A DNA stretch of 23,910 nt from Promethearchaeota archaeon (lineage in GTDB: Archaea; Asgardarchaeota; Lokiarchaeia; Sigyniarchaeales; SOKP01): contig JABXKD010000058.1 of NCBI GenBank assembly GCA_013375475.1, positions 1 to 23,910 on the forward strand, read 5' to 3'. A program made the position numbers and the translations under genes. A model generated the notes under the pieces. It was not told the origin of the DNA and did not search any database. It saw only the letters and a list, made by a program, of their open reading frames with translations. Shown piece by piece: positions 18,370-23,910 of the stretch. Each line of letters begins with the position of its first letter. The stretch's first letter is position 1.

Positions 18370-18587
18370 AATAAATACAGTACCTACGTTTTATTTATTT
18401 TTTTATATGTTTTGGATATTATAAAATAATTCTTTCCTACATTAAATTAGAGTTAATTCTCCATTATTAAAATTATCCTTCCCCCATTTAGAAAAAAACT
18501 CATTGTAGATAATTATAAATATAAAAATTGTTATGATCTTTAGAGAATACAGAATTGTATTTTTCTGTCGAGGCGTGAAAGTAAAAA

Positions 18588-18887
18588 ATGTCACATGCAT
18601 TATCTAAAGGAAGATATCCTAGACAACCCGATGGAACAGCCGTTTTAACAACATGTAGGGAAGATTTTAGAAAATTTAAGGAAAGAGATGGAACTATGTT
18701 ATCAGAGTACCTTAGCACCTTAATTACTGTCTTAGAAACAAAAGGCATAAACCCGGATATCTATAAAATACAAAAAGAAAATTTGGAAGAAATCAAGACA
18801 TTACTCGCAAAAGGTCAAGAAAAAACCGCTTTTACTCATTTTACACGAACATTTCCCTATTGTGCACCACATAGATCAATATTTTAA
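18588..18887 (+). CDS. Hypothetical protein (99 aa)
   Basis: ATG-initiated ORF with GGCGTGA upstream; fills the gap between fae-hps and the radical SAM gene and converges on the latter's stop; no recognisable motif. Confidence 0.65.
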   Translation: MSHALSKGRYPRQPDGTAVLTTCREDFRKFKERDGTMLSEYLSTLITVLETKGINPDIYKIQKENLEEIKTLLAKGQEKTAFTHFTRTFPYCAPHRSIF

Positions 18888-18889
18888 GG

Positions 18890-20215
18890 TTAAGTAAATA
18901 ACTTTTCTGTCTCTTTAGCGACACGAAGTAATTTGTGTAGTTTCTTTAAGTCTAAATCGTGAGTTTCAAAAATAATGTGTTGACAATCGTATTTAGTGTA
19001 ATCACGTTCTACAATCTTCAGTTTAAAATAATCCCTCTCGTCCCATAAGCGAGAACCAGGATAAGGCGTAGCTGCAAAATAGTTAATCTTATCGTCGTTA
19101 TTAAAAGGCAAACTCTTAATGAACGCGATAGTCTTTTGAAAACTAAGTTCAGTTTCACCTGGTAGCCCTAATACAAAGTACGCTTGAATAGGAATATTTT
19201 CTTTTTTTAAATGTCGTATTCCAATCGCTACTTGTTTAGGATCTTGGTATTTCAAATTTTTTTTAAGAACTTCTAGACTTGCAGATTCTATACCAGTTGC
19301 TACTAGCCGGCAACCTGCTTTTTTTAACAATTTTGCATCCTCATAGGTTATTGTATCAACTCGTAATTCACAACCCCATGGAGTTTCAATCTTATTGTCA
19401 ATAAATAATCTGCAAAAACCGTGGAAGAATTTTCTGTTAATGTTAATATTGTCGTAAAAGTTTATATAGTTGTACGTTTGATATGTTGCAATATCTCGTA
19501 TTTCAGATAAAATCGAATCGAGACTTCTTATCCTTACTACTGGAGCCATTTTTTGTCTGGAGCAAAAAGAACATTGATTAGGACACCCTCTATTAATAAT
19601 AACGCTCGCTACCCTATAATAAAAGTTTTCCTGAGGTAAAAGGTATCTTGCAGGCAATGGTAAATTGTCTATCTTAACGGTATTGGGAAAACTTGTAAGT
19701 ACAATCTCTCCTTTTAAATTTTTATATGCTAATCCTTTAATCTTGTTCAATTCTCCCTCGTAATCTTGATGAAGTCCATTTTTATTTACTACTCTTATAA
19801 GAAGATCAACTAATTCAGGAAAGGAATTTTCGGATTCTTTAATGCATATAAAATCTATAGCATCTTCTTTGGTTAAAATTTCCTCGTAGTTAAAGGATAC
19901 ATGAGGCCCTCCCATAACAACAATCTTCTTTCTACTATAATTTTTCACCAACTTCGCAATGTGAATTGCTATATGAAATGTATTAGTAAGCGAAGTAATT
20001 CCAATAATATCGTGATTCTTAATTTTTTGTATAATAATCTGGTCGATATCATTGCTCTCCAAACCATAATACTGTTCTAAATCTAAAATTTCTACAGGTA
20101 TGCTATTTTGATCCATAATAGCTGCTAAATATAAAATTCCGAGGTTAGGTTCTCTGAAAAATTCTGTTTGAAGTTCAGTGGATTTTGTTGTTTTAGGATT
20201 AATTAGTAGAATCAT
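18890..20215 (-). CDS. Cobalamin-binding (class B-like) radical SAM protein
   Basis: B12-binding N-domain (LLINP...PNLGILYLAA, GGPH); RGCPNQCSFC (CxxxCxxC); YDNI, GIES, GLPGET and TPYPGS. Confidence 0.92.
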   Translation of the reverse strand: MILLINPKTTKSTELQTEFFREPNLGILYLAAIMDQNSIPVEILDLEQYYGLESNDIDQIIIQKIKNHDIIGITSLTNTFHIAIHIAKLVKNYSRKKIVVMGGPHVSFNYEEILTKEDAIDFICIKESENSFPELVDLLIRVVNKNGLHQDYEGELNKIKGLAYKNLKGEIVLTSFPNTVKIDNLPLPARYLLPQENFYYRVASVIINRGCPNQCSFCSRQKMAPVVRIRSLDSILSEIRDIATYQTYNYINFYDNININRKFFHGFCRLFIDNKIETPWGCELRVDTITYEDAKLLKKAGCRLVATGIESASLEVLKKNLKYQDPKQVAIGIRHLKKENIPIQAYFVLGLPGETELSFQKTIAFIKSLPFNNDDKINYFAATPYPGSRLWDERDYFKLKIVERDYTKYDCQHIIFETHDLDLKKLHKLLRVAKETEKLFT

Positions 20216-20224
20216 TTCAAGAGA

Positions 20225-21040
20225 TCAATTTTGTTTTTCATTCTCGGTTGATTCAATATCTGGAAGTGAATCAGGTATTTGAAAAGCAGCAAGGAGTTTT
20301 CCCATATCTCCTTCATTGCTAATTTTTTCTTCATGAATAATAGGTGATTTAATTTGAACAACAGGCATTTTATCGTTCTCATGCACAAATAATTCAATCC
20401 CTTGGATGGATCTATTTTTTACTATCACTCTAGTAGAATAATTCCTATCATCGAAGAATGTGAAGCCATTGTTCAATCTTCCCATTTTGACTATGCTGTC
20501 AGAATCTTCTTCTTCAGATAGAAACGATTTCGGAGTTTCTTCATCAGAATATATGGTACCTGCAATAATAAGAAATATTCTATTGAATTCTTCTGGCGTA
20601 GAATAAGAATTTATATTTTCCAAAGCTTTACTTAGTCTGGGATTATGAATACTTATATTTCCTAATGCTCTTTGCGCTGCTGTTTTAGAAAAATCTTTTT
20701 TTTCTATTGTTTTCGCTCGTCCTGGTCCTATAGTTTTAACCATGACTTTTTGAAATTCAGGATCGTCCATAGAATATTTATTTAACGGAAAAATTCTATA
20801 AAATATACCTATCTGTTTACGTAGCATTCCAGCTAGGATTCCTCCGAAAATTTGAAGTTTAAAAGAGCTATATTGACCATTATAAGTCCAAATTCTCTTA
20901 CTGTCGTGATCTACGAGCAGATAGACTTTACGACTATTCATATTATTAATTACATCCGCAACTAGTTCTCCTTCCTCGACTTCCACAGTTAGAAAGTAAG
21001 GATCTTCTCTCACTTCTAAAACTTCAAAAATCTGTATCAT
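20225..21040 (-). CDS. Gelsolin-like domain protein with uncharacterised C-terminal domain
   Basis: NSRKVYLLVDHDSKRIWTYNGQYSS...GGILAGMLRKQ...DDPEFQKVM matches the gelsolin-repeat pattern (fllD-x-iyvW-x-G-xx-s, long helix, terminal F); ~150-aa extra region with an acidic tail. Confidence 0.6.
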   Translation of the reverse strand: MIQIFEVLEVREDPYFLTVEVEEGELVADVINNMNSRKVYLLVDHDSKRIWTYNGQYSSFKLQIFGGILAGMLRKQIGIFYRIFPLNKYSMDDPEFQKVMVKTIGPGRAKTIEKKDFSKTAAQRALGNISIHNPRLSKALENINSYSTPEEFNRIFLIIAGTIYSDEETPKSFLSEEEDSDSIVKMGRLNNGFTFFDDRNYSTRVIVKNRSIQGIELFVHENDKMPVVQIKSPIIHEEKISNEGDMGKLLAAFQIPDSLPDIESTENEKQN

Positions 21041-21129
21041 TTAGTTAAATCCCAAGTTATATATATATTTTTAATAGGATGTGATCTTTAAAATAAATTG
21101 TATTTTTTTTAATAATATTCTCAGAAAAT

Positions 21130-21300
21130 TTCTATAGAACATAAAATCATTGAACATTTACATCCTAAAGGACATGGATTCGTAGGTTAAGAATTAATAC
21201 ACCTTTAACACTACTGGGTGGTTCAAGCACCCTCTATCCCCTATCCGCAAGGATTCAGGGACTCCTTTACACATGATGTTCCTCGAAGCGTTCACATCAG
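21130..21300 (-). ncRNA. Predicted omegaRNA (reRNA) of TnpB; guide ~UGAUUUUAUGUUCUAUAGAA
   Basis: Inferred from IS200/IS605 biology: the scaffold overlaps the tnpB 3' end and right end up to TCAA (21150), and the guide is the flanking 21149-21130. The 5' boundary is a guess. Confidence 0.5.
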
Positions 21301-22491
21301 CATTTAAGACCATTTCGCACTCTTTACAAACATACAGTCCTCGATATTTGCGGTTGGACTTGCGAACGACTCCACAAGAAGAGCACACTTGCGATGTATA
21401 TTCTTCGGTGATTCTCACGACTTTAATTCCCACCATCTCGGATTTATATTCAATTTGGTGAACAAGCTTTTGAAATGGGATTGAAACGAAATTTTGATTG
21501 TTTTTCTTTCCGATTTTAATCTTCTGTTTCCAGCCCTCGTTATAACCGATGATAATTGTTCCGATATCGTTAGAAATGCAATTATTGATGATCGTACGTG
21601 ATGCTTTATGGAAAAAATCTCTTATCTTATTGTTCCGCTTTCGATGAAGCCTTAAAATCCGACTCGTCGCGTCAGTGTTATTACATTTCTTGCTCGAGGA
21701 TTTATACTTGGCCAATTGTTTGTTATAGAATTGATTGATTGATTTCACGACACCGCCCTTGATAATCAATGGGTTATTTCCAATGTTATCTGATGAAGTT
21801 ACGATGTTCGTGAGTCCTAAATCAATTCCCATTACGTTTTTTTCGTTCAAGTGTAAGTCTCGTGGATTGTAATCGTAAATTAATTCGATGTTGTATCGAT
21901 CTCCGAAAGGAACAATGCGTACACCCTTCACATTTTTTAAGTATGTATTAATTTTTGGAAAACCTAATTTTTCCATTTTTTGCGTGAGTAAGATAACTCC
22001 ATCTCTCAACCGGCACTGTAAAGATGTGAAATAGAGGAGATTACGACCATTCTTGTGTTTGTAATGGGGGAGTTTTGGCATTCCTCTAAATTTAGATGGT
22101 TCTCGTTTCCATTGCTTCATTGCGTTAAAAAAGCTCTTAAAGTTTTTATCTACTTGTTTTAAGACTTGCTGTGGGGGATGTGAACCGCAAGTCTTCTGAA
22201 GCTCTTGATATGCACCATGAGATTTTAAGGTGTTCCATAACTCAATATAGCGAATCCAATGTCGATCCTTGAAAAATCGTTGTCGAACCTCATAGGTGGC
22301 TAAATTATACAAGTTTTTTGAAAGAAATGTGATGTTATCCAGTAGTCGTGAACGCTTAAGTTGCACTTGTTGAACGAGTTGCATTATTTTTACCATTAAT
22401 TATCTTGTATTTAAAAGAAGGGGGATTACTTGTTTTTTAATGGCAATATTCATCACGACCCTAAAGGAAGGTGTTTTTTTTGTGAAAATCA
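21150..22491 (-). mobile_element. Non-autonomous IS200/IS605-family element (tnpB only, IS1341-like)
   Basis: Right end (- strand): GAAT-CCATGTCCTTTAGGATG-TAAATGT-TCAA, ending at 21150. Left end: AAAA-CACCTTCCTTTAGGGTCGTG (~22476-22454). Both hairpins share CCTTTAGG. No tnpA in the window. Left boundary uncertain between 22484 and 22491. Confidence 0.85.
21194..22396 (-). CDS. tnpB: RNA-guided endonuclease TnpB
   Basis: LYN; QQVLKQVDKNFKSFF...PKLPHYK; RuvC-I GIDLG; YTSQVCSSCG...YVCKEC Zn finger; RuvC-III NADVNASRNI. True start may be 22384 (MQLVQ), 23 nt after a TTTTAAATA box. Confidence 0.95.
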   Translation of the reverse strand: MVKIMQLVQQVQLKRSRLLDNITFLSKNLYNLATYEVRQRFFKDRHWIRYIELWNTLKSHGAYQELQKTCGSHPPQQVLKQVDKNFKSFFNAMKQWKREPSKFRGMPKLPHYKHKNGRNLLYFTSLQCRLRDGVILLTQKMEKLGFPKINTYLKNVKGVRIVPFGDRYNIELIYDYNPRDLHLNEKNVMGIDLGLTNIVTSSDNIGNNPLIIKGGVVKSINQFYNKQLAKYKSSSKKCNNTDATSRILRLHRKRNNKIRDFFHKASRTIINNCISNDIGTIIIGYNEGWKQKIKIGKKNNQNFVSIPFQKLVHQIEYKSEMVGIKVVRITEEYTSQVCSSCGVVRKSNRKYRGLYVCKECEMVLNADVNASRNIMCKGVPESLRIGDRGCLNHPVVLKVY

Positions 22492-22553
22492 ATAAAATTT
22501 TTAAATTTTAGGATATTATTCATAGTAATTTCCTTTTTGTAAGTTTGATAAAA

Positions 22554-22955
22554 ATGAGCTCAGATAAGAGAGTATATAAGCTAAATATTTCTGGTGGAAC
22601 CTCAGGACCTGGAAAAGGATTATCTAAATTAATTGAGATAGACGAGAAGAAGTTTCGCTTTGAAGCTATGAAGATCGGGGATACAATAAAAGGGGGCCTT
22701 ATTGGTTTTCCTAACTATGAATTTCAAATTACAGGTGGTTCAGATGCTAGCGGATTTCCTATGAGAAAAGATGTTCATGGTCCCGTAAAAAAGAAAATAT
22801 TAGCATCAAAAAGAGCTATCGGTTACAAACCAATACGAAAGGGTGAAAAAAGAAGAAAAACAGTTCGGGGCAACGAAATTACGTTCGATATGACACTTAT
22901 CAACCTCAAAATATTAAAATATGGAGAAACCGAACTTTTTAAAGCGACAGAGTAA
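22554..22955 (+). CDS. rps6e: 30S ribosomal protein eS6
   Basis: KIGDTI.GGLIG, FQITGGSDASGFPMRKDVHG and GEKRRKTVRGN. ATG at 22554 preferred over TTG at 22545. Confidence 0.96.
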   Translation: MSSDKRVYKLNISGGTSGPGKGLSKLIEIDEKKFRFEAMKIGDTIKGGLIGFPNYEFQITGGSDASGFPMRKDVHGPVKKKILASKRAIGYKPIRKGEKRRKTVRGNEITFDMTLINLKILKYGETELFKATE

Positions 22956-22993
22956 TAGGATTGAGCTTATTAGTAAAGTGAGATGAAAAATCC

Positions 22994-23176
22994 ATGGTTA
23001 AAGTAAAGCGATGTTCCTTTTGTGGATACGACATTCCCATCGGCAAAGGACACATGTATATTAAAAAAGACGGAACAATCTATAATTTCTGTACCCATAA
23101 ATGTAGAACCGCTCTAATAGTTCAGAAACGTAACCCACGTAAAGTTAGGTGGACAACGCTTTACGGGAAAGAGTAA
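22994..23176 (+). CDS. rpl24e: 50S ribosomal protein eL24
   Basis: CSFCGYDIPIGKG.MYIKKDG...FCTHKC and RNPRKVRWT. Confidence 0.97.
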   Translation: MVKVKRCSFCGYDIPIGKGHMYIKKDGTIYNFCTHKCRTALIVQKRNPRKVRWTTLYGKE

Positions 23177-23256
23177 TTGTTATAAACTAAGAATTAATTA
23201 CTTTCTATATCTCTAAACCAAATCTTAATTCATTTTTGAAAAAGGTAATATAAATA

Positions 23257-23709
23257 ATGAAAGTTCTAATTGTTTTTGATACAAAACATGGGAATACTCA
23301 AAAGGTGGCTGAGTTAATTGCTGATGGAATTAAGTCTGCTGAGCGTAACGAAATAAAGGTTCTAAATGTAAAAGATGTTGATCTTAATGAAGAACAGACT
23401 TATGATCTAGTAGTAATTGGATCTCCAAACCATGTGGGAAGCCATATAAAGAGTATTAAGAAATTTATAAATAATCTACCAAGTGCCAATTTAAAATTCG
23501 ATTCATTTGCAGTTTTTGATACATACATGGGAAATGACTTTGAAAAAGTTGTTAAGAAGATGGAAAGGCAACTAGACGAAAAAATTCCTAATTCAACAAA
23601 GACTTTTCCTGGCTTATCAATAAAAGTTGGTGGAATGAAAGGTCCCATCGTTGAGGAAGATTTGGTCAAATGTAAAGAATATGGAACTAAATTAGCTAAG
23701 AAAGAGTAA
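23257..23709 (+). CDS. Flavodoxin-like protein
   Basis: FMN loop DTKHGNTQKVAELIA; VVIGSP; FAVFDT. Confidence 0.9.
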   Translation: MKVLIVFDTKHGNTQKVAELIADGIKSAERNEIKVLNVKDVDLNEEQTYDLVVIGSPNHVGSHIKSIKKFINNLPSANLKFDSFAVFDTYMGNDFEKVVKKMERQLDEKIPNSTKTFPGLSIKVGGMKGPIVEEDLVKCKEYGTKLAKKE

Positions 23710-23797
23710 GGTGCACCTTTCTAAATTAATGAATTAAAATATTCCTTTTTATAATAATAGTAAAATTTTTTTAGAATACTTCTTTTCCTTATCTATA

Positions 23798-23910
23798 ATG
23801 ATTATACCGATCAGGTGTTTTTCATGCGGGAAATTAATCGCCCATATCTATAAACCCTACTTGGAACTCATCGAAAAGGGCGAGGATGCTGATGTTGCTT
23901 TTAAGCAATT
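23798..23910 (+). CDS. rpo10: DNA-directed RNA polymerase subunit Rpo10 (N), 3'-partial at window edge
   Basis: ATG at 23798 reads MIIPIRCFSCGKLIAHIYKPYLELIEKGEDADVAFKQ..., the Rpo10/RPB10 signature MIIPxRCFxCG. Confidence 0.95.
   Translation, partial: MIIPIRCFSCGKLIAHIYKPYLELIEKGEDADVAFKQ

Noticed and set aside
21041-22553. Cas12f/CRISPR locus
   Set aside because: No repeat-spacer array or cas genes seen; the flanks are IS200/IS605 hairpin ends. I also saw no tRNA, rRNA or CRISPR array elsewhere in the window.
950-23669. Short ORFs nested in or opposite real genes (950-1144, 1647-1832, 3613-3852, 3992-4186, 4508-4744, 5299-5505, 5896-6165, 6679-6894, 7763-8128, 8585-8773, 13088-13279, 13373-13561, 17168-17389, 18128-18310, 18500-18748, 20212-20397, 21273-21461, 23400-23669)
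   Set aside because: Shadow frames overlapping well-supported genes or the HAD pseudogene, with no motifs of their own.

Overview
AT-rich archaeal window, most likely an Asgard archaeon of the Lokiarchaeia type. This is inferred from archaeal-type ProRS, eS6, eL24 and Rpo10 together with a gelsolin-like protein, a WD40 propeller and Fae-Hps. It is mostly housekeeping and metabolic genes: proS, PepD, 4-hydroxybutyryl-CoA dehydratase, nitroreductase, Fae-Hps, a B12 radical SAM enzyme, a flavodoxin, rps6e, rpl24e and a partial rpo10. Four things stand out. (1) A two-gene unit at 10649-12661 encodes two single-pass surface proteins with paralogous ectodomains. One has a GAIN/GPS-like HF|S autoproteolysis motif just before its TM helix. 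The other has lost the motif and carries a cytoplasmic double winged-HTH, so the pair is a candidate adhesion-GPCR/Notch-like surface signalling system. (2) A divergently transcribed TrmB-like protein is split by a ~520-aa coiled coil with a basic-aromatic motif at its midpoint. (3) A tnpB-only IS200/IS605 element has readable ends, a predictable guide and a Fanzor-like rearranged RuvC site. (4) A gelsolin-domain protein is apparently co-transcribed with the radical SAM gene. I also found features absent from or incomplete in the ORF track: a HAD pseudogene, a 48-aa Cys-containing ORF with a strong SD, a 5'-truncated remnant and the rpo10 start. All assignments come from reading motifs by eye; no searches were run.
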